A DNA stretch of 64,000 nucleotides from Lytechinus pictus. Taxonomy: Eukaryota. The notes beneath the pieces are model-generated. The model did no database searches. It was not told the DNA's origin and saw only the letters and a list, made by a program, of their open reading frames with translations. The stretch spans positions 30,072,001 through 30,136,000 of the forward strand of contig NC_087251.1 of assembly GCF_037042905.1 (NCBI RefSeq), read 5' to 3'. Of the stretch, positions 39,302 to 52,606 are shown in pieces (positions within the stretch are counted from its first letter, which is position 1; every line of letters begins with the position of its first letter). The translations under genes and the position numbers were made by a program.

Positions 39302-42300
39302 TAGTAGACCGGCCAAAAGTCAAAAAGTGCTCTAGATAAGGATTCGACGGCAAAATTTGTTAATGCTTGGCATCCCAGCTAAAAGTCTTGCAAAAATACC
39401 CAGGAATAGCGTACGGCCGGATGCCAAGCGCAATTTTGCGTGAAAGTGTCATTTTTAGCGTAAAATATGAAAGAATGTCGAAAATCACGCATTTTGATAT
39501 TTTGACGGATTATCATTATATTTTTAAATATCTTTGATATGAAATTATTTTTATTCAGAGTTTCAAATTATAAGTCTCATAAATATGCATTTTAAATTTG
39601 AATATTACACACACACATATAGCACAGGGAAACATAAAACCGCGATTTCCTCCAAATAAAAGTTTGTGAAAACTATCAATAGTTTAAAGTTTCTTACGCA
39701 ACTTAAATTCTTCGATTTAAAAGCGTTTCTCAATCGAATGTATAGTAAATGTCCTAATGCCACAAAAATTAAAAGAGTTTTCAAGTAAGATGGAATATAT
39801 CTCATTTTATGTTATCCGAAAGGAGACAATGTGCATTTTACCAGGCGCGCATTTTGAAAGAAAAATTGAAAATACCGTACATTATGTACATAATTACATG
39901 TATAAGTACATACTAAAGCGGGTTTTTAATTACATGTATAAGTACATACTAAAGCGAGTTTTTAATTGAATAGCACAATTTGTCAATTCTTTGCATCCCA
40001 GCTCAAATTCTTGCTGAAATACTGAGGAATAACGTACGGGCGGATGCCAAGTGCACTTTTGCGTGAAAGTATCATTTTTTGCGTGAAATCTGCAAGAATG
40101 TCGAAAATCACGCATTTTGATATTTTGACGGATTATCCTCATATTTTTTATTATCTTTGATATGGGATTATTTTTATTCATAATTTCAAATTATAAATCT
40201 ACTAAATATGCATTTCAATTTGGAATATTACACACACTTATATGGCAATATGACATACAAAAATCGTGATTTACTCAAAATAGAAGTTTGTGAACATTAT
40301 CAATAGTTCTAAGTTATTTTCTTCGATTGAAATTGGTTCATCTATTGAATATCGATCGTTTCTAATGTCACAAATATTAAAAGAACTTTCAAGTAAGATG
40401 GAAGAAATATTTTGCGAAAGGGGGCATGCAAAATTTAGCGGGGAGGGGGGGGGGCATTTTGAATGTAAAATTGAAGATACTGTAAATTATCAACATAATT
40501 ACATGAATAAGTACATACTTAAAACGAGTTACAAAATGTCTGGCCGCAACTGCCTCTTCCCCCCCCCCTCCCCCCGCTGCCTAAGGTCATGTATAGTGTC
40601 CGAAAGGATTACATGGAGCTGAAAGTGTCCCGTTTTCAAGATAATATACCACTAGCGTAAAGGGGGGGGGGGGCAGACTGCCCCCCGACGAGTCACAACT
40701 CATGCAGGAGATGTACTCCTGCCCCCCCCCTGGCTCCTTTAGTCCTGCTCTGCTATGCATGCAGGCGAGACATAAAATAGGTATTGCCGTGGCAACGGCC
40801 ATATTTGTTTAGACTTTGATAATCCAATAATTGAAGTAAAATGTAGATTGACAGAGTAGTTTAAAAATGCTAATTCGATCGTTTTATTCATACATGTTTA
40901 TTTTCTATGCACTAGCGTACCTACGGGGGGGGGGCAGAGGGGGCAGTCTGCCCCCCCCCCCCTGACGAGTCCCAACCCATGCAAAAGACGTATCCATGCC
41001 CCCCCCCCCCCGACGAGCTTGAAGACCTTTTTTGCCCCCCCCCCCCCTGACGAGCTTGAAGACTTTTTTTTGCTCGTCAATTTTTTTGGCCGACGGTTTT
41101 GCACCCCCCCCCCCCTGTGGAAAATCCTAGGTACGCTACTGTTTCTATGATTTTGGATATAGATATTCCTACAAAATTAATATTACCACGGTAACGGCAA
41201 ATTAATTATCAGACCTATTTATGAATATCGCCACAGGTAGATTTTACGTTCAGCACCAATTAATTCGCGGAAATAGCAAGAAGATCGAACTCTACAAAAG
41301 TAAACATAATCCTATATACTATCATGACGAGTATCGCACTGATTAATATTAGTATGTGCAATATAGATGTAATATTGTGCGCTGTTTGTATTTTATCAGA
41401 AATGCGCATCCGATAAATGTACATTGTTATCTTTCGCATATAACATAAAATGATATATCTTGCATCTTATTTCAACATTTGTTTTCACTATATGTGCCAT
41501 GACAACAATTATTATGTATTTATTCGGTTAGCGCTAAAATTGACGAAATTGAGATGCAGAACACAAACATTATACTATTGATAGTTTTCACAAACTATTA
41601 TTTTTAGTAAATCACGATTTTATATTTCATATTGCCATATATGTGTGTGTAATATTCCAAATTGAAATGCATATTTACTAGACTTATAATTTAAAACTCT
41701 GAATAAAAATAATTCCATATCAAAGATAATCACAAATATGATGATAATCCGTCAAAATATCAAAATGCGTGATTTTCGACATTCTTTCAGATTTCACGCA
41801 AAAAATGATACTTTCACGCAAAAGTGCACTTGGCATCCGCCCGTACGTTATTACTCAGTATTTCCGCAAGAATTTGAGCTGGGATGCAAAGAATTGACAA
41901 ATTGTGCTATTCAATTAAAAACTCGCTTTAGTATGTACTTATACATGTAATTAAAAACCCGCTTTAGTATGTACTGATACATGTAATTATGTACACAATG
42001 TACGGTATTTTCAATTTTTCTTTCAAAATGCGCGCCTGGTAAAATGCACATTGTCTCCTTTCGGATAACATAAAATGAGATATATTCCATCTTACTTGAA
42101 AATTCTTTTAATTTTTGTGGCATTAGGGCATTTACTATACATTCGATTGAGAAACGCTTTTAAATCGAAGAATTTAAGTTGCGTAAAAAACTTTAAACTA
42201 TTGATAGTTTTCACAAACTTTTATTTTGAGGAAATCGCGGTTTTATGTTTCCCTGTGCCATATGTGTGTGTGTAATATTCAAATTTGAAATGCATATTTA

Positions 42301-42578
42301 TGAGACTTATAATTTGAAACTCTGAATAAAAATAATTGCATATCAAAGATAATCAAAAATATTAAAATAATCCGTCAAAATATCAAAATGCGTGATTTTC
42401 GACATTCTTTCATATTTTACGCTAAAAAAGACAGTTTCACGCAAAATTGCGCTTGGCATCCGGCCGTACGCTATTCCTGGGTATGTTTGCAAGACTATTA
42501 GCTGGGATGCCAAGCATTAGCAAGCATTAACAAATTTTGCCGTCCAAAGTATAAAAAATCGTTTTGGCCGGTCTACTA
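39302..42578. mobile_element. 3.3-kb foldback DNA transposon with ~1.2-kb TIRs and a 3-bp TSD (Academ-like)
   Basis: TAGTAGACCGGCCAAAA ... TTTTGGCCGGTCTACTA, with TAA at 39299-39301 and 42579-42581. Mirror ORFs 39605-/42075+ and 39757+/41911-. Each arm holds two ~620-bp subrepeats. Confidence 0.85.
40910..41141. mobile_element. hAT-type MITE
   Basis: CACTAGCGTACCTA / TAGGTACGCTACTG with 8-bp TSD TTTCTATG. A related truncated copy lies at about 40650-40730. Confidence 0.9.
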
Positions 42579-43521
42579 TAAGTGCATGTCAGAACCCGAA
42601 TTGCTCAAAAACGTGATTTTGTGTACAAAGTCAATGTAAATTGAGATTTCTCATCTTATTTATAAAGATATGATTATTCTCGCTATCATCAGGTGAAATT
42701 AATTTACTTTAGTATAATCATGCCTTTAAAAGATTCGGCTAGTAATTTGGCAAAAAACAAAGAAAAACAAAGGTCGAAAACATAAAGAAATACATAATAG
42801 ATTTATAAAACTATAAAATACATACGAAATTAATTTTCAAACGAGGATTTTTGTTTTCATTTTTAATTGTTAGCAATGATAAAATAATTTTACACTAAAA
42901 TTTAGTATTCTATGTTCTTTTTATCGTGAATTAGAACAAAGTATGATTTACGCATAAATTAGCATAATCAATTCATATTTCAACAAATCTGATTTCGGAA
43001 AAAAATTAACCATCCTGCCTTGTAGATTAAATCCCACACTATTATCATGCCAGTTTTCACGGCGTTCGCGCGATCGGCGGCCGAGATTCAACCCCCCCCC
43101 TCCGGTCATCTAACACCATAAAAGCCCGGTCTGGTTAGGGTTAAACCTGCTGAAAGTAAAACTAAATATAAAAAAGAAGATCACGTCAATCAGCACGCTC
43201 TATTGCCATCATCAATCAAGCAGGGTAGAGACTCGGAGTCCAAATAATCAAATTCCTATATTTGTGACTTTTTATGATTGTTAATGATTGCATGAGAGTA
43301 GTTGACAATAGAAAGCATGGGGTTGGTCTCTCCGTGTCAAGGTCACATCTTACCTGAACAAATATACCAAGACCATGGCGGCGTATCACCAATTTATACT
43401 CAAATCTCAATCCCGCCATAGTTTGTTTGTATATCCCATAATCATGTCTGTAGTCTTCTACATGGCGCCACGGGCATCATGCATGGAAAACTTGTGCGTT
43501 CTACAAGAATATACCATTAAG

Positions 43522-43552
<31 letters not shown>

Positions 43553-43745
43553 GTAGCAGCAGCAGCAGTAGTAGTAGTAGTAGCAGTAGCAGTAGTAGTA
43601 GTAGTATAAGTAGTAGTAGTAGTTGTAGTAGCAAACAGCAGTAGTAGTAGTAGTAGTAGCAGTAGTAGTAGTAGTATAAGTAGTAGTAGTAGTTGTAGTA
43701 GCATGCAGCAGCAGCAGTAGTAGTAGCAGCAGCAGCAGCAGTAGC

Positions 43746-43777
<32 letters not shown>

Positions 43778-43904
43778 CAGTAGCAGTAGCAGTAGTAGTA
43801 GAAGTAGTAGTAGTAGTAGTAATATCAGTTGTAGTAGCATGCAGCAGCAGCAGTAGTAGTAGTAGTAGCAGCAGCATTAGCAGTAGTAGTAGTAGTAGTA
43901 GCAT

Positions 43905-43939
<35 letters not shown>

Positions 43940-43958
43940 ATATCATTTGTAGTAGCAT

Positions 43959-43989
<31 letters not shown>

Positions 43990-44031
43990 CAGTAGTAGTA
44001 GTAGCGGTAGCAGTAGCAGCAGTACTACTAC

Positions 44032-44063
<32 letters not shown>

Positions 44064-44135
44064 ATATCATTTGTAGTAGCATGCAGCAGCAGCAGTAGTA
44101 GTAGTAGTAGCAGTAGTAGTAGTAGCGGTAGCAGT

Positions 44136-44190
<55 letters not shown>

Positions 44191-44438
44191 ATATCAGTTG
44201 TAGTAGCATGCAGCAGCAGCAGTAGTAGTAGTAGTAGTAGTAGTAGTAGCAGCAGCAGCAGTAGTAGTAGTAGCAGTAACAGTAGTAGTAGTAGTAGTAG
44301 TAGTAGTAGCAGTAGCAGTAGCAGTAGTAGTAGTAGTAGTAGCAGTAGCAGTAGTAGTAGTAGAAGTAGTAGTAGTAGTAGCAGTAGAAGTAGTAGTAGT
44401 AGTAGTAGTCGTAGTAGTAATATCAGTTGTAGTAGCAT

Positions 44439-44475
<37 letters not shown>

Positions 44476-44540
44476 TAGCAGCAGCAGCAGCAGTAGTAGT
44501 AGTAGAAGTAGTAATAGTAGTAGTAGTAGCAGTAGAAGTA

Positions 44541-44571
<31 letters not shown>

Positions 44572-44573
44572 CA

Positions 44574-44606
<33 letters not shown>

Positions 44607-44651
44607 ATATCAGTTGTAGTAGAATGCAGCAGCAGCAGTAGTAGTAGTAGT

Positions 44652-44686
<35 letters not shown>

Positions 44687-44721
44687 AAGTAGTAGTAGTA
44701 GCAACAGCAGTAGTAATAGTA

Positions 44722-44754
<33 letters not shown>

Positions 44755-44773
44755 ATATCAGTTGTAGTAGCAT

Positions 44774-44807
<34 letters not shown>

Positions 44808-44859
44808 TAGCAGCAGCAGCAGTAGTAGTAGCAGCAGCAGTAGTAGTAGTAGCAGTAGC

Positions 44860-44891
<32 letters not shown>

Positions 44892-45403
44892 CAGTAGCAG
44901 TAGAAGTAGCAGTAGAAGTAGTAGTAGTAATATCAGTTGTAGTAGCATGCATCAGAAGCAGCAGTAGTAGTAATACCAGTTTTAGTAGCATGCAGCAGTA
45001 GTAGTAGTAGAAGCAGCAGCAGTAGTAGTAGTATTAGTAGTAGCAGCAGCAGTAGCATTAGTAGTAGTAGTAGTAGCAGTAGCAGTAGTAGTAGTAATAT
45101 CAGTTGAAGTAGCATGCAGCAGCAGCAGCAGTAGTAGTAGTAGTATTAGCAGCAGCAGTAGCAGTAGTAGTAGTAGTAGTAGCAGTAGCAGTAGCAGTAG
45201 AAGTAGTAGCAGTAGTAGTAGTAATATCAGTTGTAGTAGCAGCAGCAGCAGAAGTAGTAGTAGCAGCAGCAGCAGCCGCAGTAGTAGTAGTAGAAGTAGT
45301 AGTAGTAGTAGTAGTAGCAGTAGAAGTAGTAGTAGTAGTAGTAGTCGTAGTAATATCAGTTGTAGTAGCATGCAGCAGCAGCAGCAGTAGTAGTAGAAGT
45401 AGT

Positions 45404-45453
<50 letters not shown>

Positions 45454-45661
45454 AAGTAGTAATAGTAGTAGTAGTAGCAGTAGTAGAAGTAGTAGTAGTA
45501 GTAGTGGTAGTAGTAGTAGCAGTAGAAGTAGTAGTAGTAGTAGTAGTAGTAATATCAGTTGTAGTAGAATGCAGCAGCAGCAGTAGTAGTAGTAGCAGCA
45601 GCAGCAGTAGTAGTAGTAGTAGAAGTAGTAGTAGTAGCAACAGCAGTAGTAGTAGTAGTAT

Positions 45662-45694
<33 letters not shown>

Positions 45695-45801
45695 AAGTAG
45701 TAGTAGTAGTAGTAATATCAGTTGTAGTAGCATGCAGCAGCAGCAGTAGTAGTAGTAGTAGTAGTAGTAGTAGCAGCAGCAGTAGTAGTAGTAGCAGTAG
45801 C

Positions 45802-45836
<35 letters not shown>

Positions 45837-45950
45837 CAGTAGCAGTAGAAGTAGTAGTAGTAATATCAGTTGTAGTAGCATGCATCAGAAGCAGCAGTAG
45901 TAGTAATACCAGTTGTAGTAGCATGCAGCAGTAGTAGTAGTAGAAGCAGC

Positions 45951-45981
<31 letters not shown>

Positions 45982-46233
45982 GCAGCAGCAATAGCAGTAG
46001 TAGTAGTAGTAGTAGCAGTAGCAGTAGAAGTAGTAGCAGTAGTAGTAGTAATATCAGTTGAAGTAGCATGCAGCAGCAGCAGCAGTAGTAGTAGTAGTAT
46101 TAGCAGCAGCAGCAGTAGCAGTAGTAGTAGTAGCAGTAGCAGTAGAAGTAGTAGCAGTAGTAGTAGTAGTAATACCAGTTGTAGTAGCAGCAGCAGCAGC
46201 ATCAGAAGTAGTAGTAGCAGCAGCAGCAGCCGC

Positions 46234-46265
<32 letters not shown>

Positions 46266-46270
46266 CATTG

Positions 46271-46303
<33 letters not shown>

Positions 46304-46443
46304 ATAGAAGTAGTAATAGTAGTAGTAGTAGTAGTAGAACTAGAATTAGTAATAGTAGCACTAGTAGTAGAAGAAGTAGTAATAGTGGTAGTATTGGTGG
46401 TAGGAGAAGTAGTAATAGTAGTAGTATTTTTAGAAGTAGTAGT
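43522..46443. repeat. Compound (AGT)n/(AGC)n satellite punctuated by AATATCAGTTGTAGTAGCATGC
   Basis: Direct inspection. Source of all the poly-Leu/Thr/Ser/Val ORFs. Confidence 0.98.
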
Positions 46444-46832
46444 TTATTCATTATCATAATTAACAAGAAATGTCAACTATACAAATTTGCAAACCCTGTA
46501 AACAAAATGGATATGGTTCATTCCACTTTCAGTATAAGCTTGGTGCCTTTTCTTATTTTTCATATCACTGATCTAATAAAACAAATTATCTTATGTGTTT
46601 GTCCGTACCGTGAATATAAAAAACGACACGTTTGGACTTAAAAAGAAACTAAATCTAAAATCGAAACAAAAATTTTATTCAAGGTTGAAGGTACTTTTCT
46701 TACAATTGAAGATAGAAGTTGTTTATAAAATCCGTAATATGCGTAAAGACGCTCTTCCAGCATAGCGTTCTACATGTATCGTTGAAAATATTGCTCCGTT
46801 GTCTGAAATAAAAGTTCTGTTCTGTCGTGTCT

Positions 46833-46920
46833 GTTGGTTGATTGATTAATTGACTTTATTCGTCAAGAATATCACAAGAAAGGAAATGCAATAAGTCATA
46901 TTAAAGTATAAAGACATTAT
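46833..46920 (-). mobile_element. LINE 3'-end remnant with (TCAA)n tail; related copy at about 54990-55103 (+)
   Basis: TCTTGTGATATTCTTGACGAATAAA..TCAATCAACCAAC is shared in opposite orientations. Confidence 0.6.
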
Positions 46921-47115
46921 TATAATGACAAAAATTACACCATGGTATGTTAAAAGGACATGTATTTATCAATCAAATAATTTACAAAAAACCTGAAGTA
47001 AACAGCAATTATCTATTTCATTTTCAAACAAGATTATTATCTACAATACTGAAAACCAACTGTACAAAACGTGCGTTTTTTTGCTGCTTCTCGATTAGAT
47101 TCTAGTTTTTGCATT

Positions 47116-47394
47116 TATAATAATGATAATACTAACGCAGTTCTTGTATATCGCATGTCATAACGCATGCGCTTCCAAAGGACTTGGATATTATTTAGCC
47201 CCGTAGCCTTTTATAGCGTGGTGGCATTTCAAGGAATAAATTCCTGCCAGGTACCAATTCAACTCACCTGGGTTGAGTGCAGCACAATGTGAATTAATTT
47301 CTTGCTGAAGGAAATTACGCCATGGCTGGGATTCGAACCCACGACCCTCTGTTTTAAAGTCAGGAGACTTATCCACTGGGCCACAACGCTCCAC
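47116..47394 (-). mobile_element. tRNA(Arg-like)-derived SINE
   Basis: GTGGAGCGTTGTGGCCCAGTGGATAAG..GGGTTCGAATCCC, same core as the SINE at 26571, TAT-type tail. Confidence 0.9.
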
Positions 47395-47932
47395 GTCTAT
47401 CTTTATATTTCCACATTTATCTAACGTACTCTTAAAATGAAGAAAATTTGCTACTTTCCACCCAGATGATGAATATGTACCCGGTTTGATGCAACAAAAA
47501 AAATAATAATGTAGGATGCATATGTATTTGTTTTAAATTGTTTGTTGAAATGCTCCCCATGGAGTGTAGAAACTTATTGTAGTCCACGTTGAGCAGGGTA
47601 ACAATATATCTGTAAAGGCTTAAGTATATCGTTATCATGGACATGTATTAAGGGTTACCCAAAACTGAATTGTATTGTATAAACCGCGTATGTCATCATT
47701 AAACTTTGTTCGTGAAGTACGCTGCTTAACGTATAAGTATTCAATAAAAGCATATATTTTTCTAAAATTGCATCAACTGAAATTTATGGGTTAGAGTCTG
47801 AAAAGAACAGTCCGACATTTTCATAATACATTATCTACGCGAAGTATTCAAAACGAGTAAAAAGGAAATCTGTTTCCACATCTGTAAAGCTATGATAATA
47901 ATGAGCAAGTTTGTATGCTTACGGTCGTTTAA

Positions 47933-48532
47933 AGGGAAGCTCCGGGCTGAACATAATATAATATAAAAATATTTTAAAAAATCGGACGAACAAAACACTA
48001 AAATCTGATCAAAATCGGACAAGGAATGACAAAGTTATGACATTTTAAAGATTTGCATTATTCCGATGAAACAGTTATAGGCATGTCTTCGTGAATATTC
48101 AATGAGCAACTTGATGATGTCATATCCCCACTTGTTCTTTTTTATTTTATTGTATGAATTGGGTTTATTAAAAAAAATCTACCAAGAACTGAAAAAATTG
48201 GATTGACAACTGATTTAGGGCATTAGATATTCTTTGCTGCAACTTATTTCATTAAAAAGGAAACACATTATTCACACGTGTATGATGAAATGAAAAAATT
48301 ATGATTTCATATAATAACGGAAGATAAAGGAAAATGGAAATTTGACATTATTAGCCCACCTAAAGAATATTCATGATGACGTGCATAAACTAATTTCACA
48401 AAATATTGCCAAATTATAAAATTCAATAACTTCATTATTTGTTATCCAATTTAAATGAAATTTTCAGCACTTTGCTTTGTGAATTTTACTCTATTTATTT
48501 AGATATAGAGGTTTTCAGCCCAGAGTACCCCT
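47933..48532. mobile_element. TTAA-flanked MITE (Kolobok-like)
   Basis: TTAA|AGGGAAGCTCCGGGCTGAA ... TTCAGCCCAGAGTACCCCT|TTAA. A second family copy lies inverted at about 50803-51718. Confidence 0.85.
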
Positions 48533-48718
48533 TTAATTATGCAGAAATTGATTTCACGTTGGCATTGTTCGGGGGGAAATTAGGCCTGTAAAAGGAAGGC
48601 ATTTTTTTAAATAAACGTTTGAAAGAAATGAAATAAGGGAAATGAAAAGTCTTTAGTTCTTAAAAAAATATGATACCACTACTATCAATGTATTTTTTAA
48701 GACATTTGTTATTTTGGG

Positions 48719-48822
48719 CATGACCGTCAGCGCAGAAGATTATCTGTTGCGTTGGGGGCGCAACTATAGATGTCCCCAGCCCCCCGAAACATAAATGATA
48801 ATCCTTTGCGCTGACGGCCGTG
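48719..48822. mobile_element. 104-bp hAT-type MITE
   Basis: CATGACCGTCAGCGCAGAAGATTATC / GATAATCCTTTGCGCTGACGGCCGTG; TSD ATTTTGGG/ATTTCGGG. Confidence 0.8.
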
Positions 48823-50173
48823 ATTTCGGGGTGGATAGATTGTACATGTTGTAAGAGGCAACCAACTGACACCGAAGGCGTCTACACGACAGCTCCTGGT
48901 GCTGCTGCCCCCTTCGTTCGTTTTGGGAAACCTTGCCTGAATTCAGATATTCGTCACCAAATTGTTCGACGTCACATGGACTTTCTTAGCTGGAGTTCTA
49001 CTAACAGACAAACGAAAGTAATTGGCGCGTACAATCTGGAGAGATCGAATAGCGCCTTCATATCTAAAAACGACAAACAACAATATTTGACTTGGAAATG
49101 CTTTTCGATAAAGGTTTTTGCTAAACTATTTCATTGATATAATGCCCCATGAAAAAAAATGAAAAGGATATAGAATTTATTGTGGGAAGTTTATATTGAA
49201 ATAATGATAGTGTATTCCTGCAGTTAAATCATTTTCGAAAATAAAAAAAGCAAAAAACACTAATAAAGATACCTATATGCCATTCGATATGCACCAAAAT
49301 AGTTATCTCTAAACAGACAACCTTAGCCCCTAAAATGAAAGATGTTATTGAATTAAGTAATTAACTTTTTTCATGGATACAATGGATGGGAAGAGGTTAT
49401 TCTCCATGGACATGGGAAGTGGGGGTGCTGAAGCACCCCCCAAAATTTTCCTGGGGGTGCTGCGTGTATTATTTTTCATAGGCAGCACCCCCCTCGAAAT
49501 CAGGTTCCTCCATGTATTTTTTAAAATATGTTATAATGGACATAATTATCACATCCGACAATTGCAAATCATTTACATAGTCTTTCACATATTCCAATAA
49601 CATCCCTCCTGGATCCTAAAACGCGACTCAATCGAGCTCCGGCACTCCGATACAGACGTGGTCGCGCGCGATACGTGATAACCACTACTCGATAGCAGGG
49701 AGGGACATATGGGATATGGCAGTGGTTGTACTTGAAACTTCCAGGTTTTATGTCGAATCAAGACTAGTGTACGCGCGCCCGACCGCCCGTGTTTTGTACA
49801 AACAAGTTCAAGTCAGACAATAGAAATCAAATTTCACAGTCTTTTTCGCTCTGCCCCATGGCCCTGGGAAGCGGGGGTGCTGGGGATGAAGCACCCCCCC
49901 CCCCCCAATTTGGGGGTGCTGCATGTGTTATTTTCCATAGGCAGCACCTCCTGGAAAGCTAGTGGTAGGTATGATAAATGACAGACATGTAATGAAAATT
50001 ACAAAACGATATTTTGTAGACCCCCCCCCCTTCAGAATTTTCCGACACAGTACTTAAAATAGTGTTTAAATTAACCCTTTTTCAGATCGGAATATCAAAT
50101 ATTTTCTGCTCGCGCTTCGCTCTCGCATTATTGATTTTTATAATTAAAAAATGTATTTAGAATGCCCAGATAT

Positions 50174-50748
50174 ACCGTGTTTACACTTAATCGGCTTTTG
50201 AATCGGCTCGCGGTTCTGAACCGCGAGCCGATGTAGCATCGGCTTTTTCATAGCGTATAAACGCGATTAACTTGCATCGGCTCGCGGTTCAGAACCGGCA
50301 ATTTGCACCACCAAAGTAGAAGGTTCTAAACCGCGAGCCGATGCAGAATCGGCTTTTTTACTACTTGTAAACAAAGCCGATTCTGCACCGGCAAAGCGCA
50401 CTGATCCAGCGTTGTCTACGTACAGTATATTGTTGGTGTGCGTATCATTTCAGGTTTTTGCATCGGCTCGCGGTTCTGAACCGCGAGCTGTAACAACGTG
50501 TAAACGCAAACCAAAAGCCACTGATCCAGCGTTGTCTACGTACAGTATATTGTTGGTGTGCGTATCATTTCAGGTTTTTGCATCGGCTCGCGGTTCTGAA
50601 CCGCGAGCTGTAACAACGTGTAAACGCAAACCAAAAGCCACTGATCCAGCGTTGTCTACGTACAGTATATTGTTGGTGTGCGTATCATTTCAGGTTTTTG
50701 CATCGGCTTTTGGTTCTGAACCAAAAGCCGATCAAGTGTAAACACGGT
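50174..50748. mobile_element. MITE with internal hairpins and a 120-bp tandem triplication
   Basis: ACCGTGTTTACACTT / AAGTGTAAACACGGT ends, repeated CGGCTCGCGGTTCTGAACCGCGAGC palindrome, 120-bp period in 50399-50710. Confidence 0.88.
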
Positions 50749-50802
50749 AGGTCTAACTGTAAACACGCGGACGCATGTTTATTCAGATACGCAGCTTGTT
50801 TT

Positions 50803-51718
50803 GGGGGGTACTTCGGGCTGAAAATATTTATATCAAATATATTTTATCAAAATAAATAAATTTTATGAAAATCTGATAACAAATAGTTATTTAATTCTAA
50901 AGTTTAGCAATATTTTATGAAAATGGTGATATGCATGTCGTCATGAATATTTAATAGGTGGGTTGACATGGGAGGAAATCTGTCCCCAAAGGTAGGGAGA
51001 CCAGGGCCTGGAAAATTTGACAAGCAAAAAAAAGGTTCTCACCCTAAATGTAAGGTCATTTTAACCCTAACAAAATTTGACAAGCCCCCCCCCCAAAAAA
51101 AAAAAAAAAAAAAAAAAAAAGGTTTTCAGCCAAAATGTAAAGTCATAGTCCAAAATACATGTATTATTTCGGTTGTGAAGTGATGTATTTTTCTCCATCA
51201 TGAAAGGCCAAAAATAGTTTGATTTGATACATTTGATATTGTGTCCCCCTACTATTTTTGGTAGGGGGGACACGTCCTCCTGTCCCCTCTGGTATTTCCA
51301 CCCATGTGGGTTGAAGATGTCACATCCCCACTATCCTGTTTCTATTTTTTTTCATTTTTATCATACCAGTGTGAATGATATGTCTCCCTTATAATGAAAT
51401 AAGTTGCAGCAAAGAATATCTAATGGATGGACTAAATCAGTTGTCAATTCAACTGTTTTTGGTTCTTTAAGGGAAAATATTGAATAAACCTAATTCTATA
51501 TAATAAAATACAAGAGAACAAGTGGGGATATGACATCATTAGTTTGCTCATTGAATATTAATGAAGACATGCTTAAAACTTTCACCGGAATAATGCTAAT
51601 CTTTAAAATGCAATAACTTTGATATTCCTTGGCGGATTTTGATCAAATCTTTATTCTTATGTTCGTCTGATTTTTTATTTATCTGTTCAAACCATATTAC
51701 ATTCAGTGCGGAGTTCCA
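50803..51718. mobile_element. Second copy of the 47933 MITE family, inverted and interrupted
   Basis: GGGGTACTTCGGGCTGAAAA start. The interior is the reverse complement of 47933-48532. Confidence 0.75.
50967..51306. mobile_element. hAT-type MITE
   Basis: CATGGGAGGAAAT / ATTTCCACCCATG with 8-bp TSD TGGGTTGA. Confidence 0.9.
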
Positions 51719-52414
51719 GATCAGAATATCAAAAAAATCTGCTCGCGCTTCGCGCTCACATTATTAATCTAAGAATATATCCAATTACCCATCATTTTCT
51801 TGATTTACAAAACATGAATAGAATGTCCCGTTTATAGGTCTGAAATTTCAATTTTGTTTCCGCTCGCATCAATTATATAGTTATATACCTATCCTGTTCA
51901 TGATTACAAAAAGTGCTTAGAATGTCCAGTATTTAGGTCGGAATGTCAAATTTTCAGTTCGCGCTTCGCGCTCGCATTATTTGATTGTTGATATATGTAT
52001 CGTCTTAATGGGTAACTGCAAACAGTCCTTATAACACGTCCCTTTCGATGAGGCCAGAGCGTATATAAAAAATATCTGCTCGCGCTGATCACGTTCGCAG
52101 TTATTATTTGTTACATGCGCATCTTGTTCAGGACCATGCACAAACATTGTTCAAAATGTCAAATTTTCAGGACAAAATACATGAAATCCCCCCCCCCCCA
52201 AAAAAAAAAAAAAATAGCTCGCGCTTCGCGCTCGAGTTGTCTAATTATATATCTATGTTCTTTTATAACAAGAAAGCTAAGAAGTGACTGTCATATATAT
52301 ATGTATATATATAGTGTGAAAGAAATGGATGAAGAGAACAATGGTAGGCGTAGCTTAAACCAAGGTTCCCCGGAGCTATATCTACCCTTTGGAAAAATTG
52401 GTGATGCCAAAAAA

Positions 52415-52486
52415 TGTCTCTGCCGGGAATCGAACCCAGGCCCCCAGCTTTGAACGCCGGTGCCTTAACCACTAGACCACAGAGAC
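52415..52486 (-). tRNA. tRNA-like gene, complete cloverleaf, anticodon TCA (opal-suppressor-like; possibly repeat-borne)
   Basis: GTCTCTG TG GTCT AGTGGTTA AGGC A CCGGC GTTCAAA GCTGG GGGC CTGGG TTCGATT CCCGG CAGAGAC A, followed by T6. All four stems pair (with G-U). G32 is atypical. Confidence 0.65.
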
Positions 52487-52606
52487 GGGTTAGTGGCTAG
52501 GGCGACCCCGATCCGATTGACCGACAGATAATAAGATTTTCGACACTATACCAATTATAATTTCCTTTGTCGGGTGAAGGTGGGTTTTGAACAATTACAA
52601 GCCGCC

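Larger units (their letters stand above)
39163..43140. mobile_element. piggyBac-like non-autonomous element hosting a nested insertion
   Basis: TTAA|CCCTAA ... TTAGGG|TTAA. Only the terminal ~6 bp match between ends. Confidence 0.6.

Noticed and set aside
39605..42275. Mirror-image ORF pairs as duplicated genes
   Set aside because: They are a by-product of the long inverted arms; no recognisable domains.
43375..46466. Poly-Leu/Thr/Ser/Val ORFs as mucin or membrane proteins
   Set aside because: These are translations of AGT/AGC repeats with a frameshift at every linker.
47320..47394. Functional tRNA genes at SINE heads (also 26571, 53840)
   Set aside because: No closed acceptor stem, and they continue directly into SINE core and tail.
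50412..50741. 40-aa repeat protein
   Set aside because: It is a 120-bp tandem repeat inside a MITE.
52415..52486. Selenocysteine tRNA
   Set aside because: Only 72 nt with a 4-nt variable loop and a standard 7/5 fold; lacks the long variable arm of tRNA-Sec.
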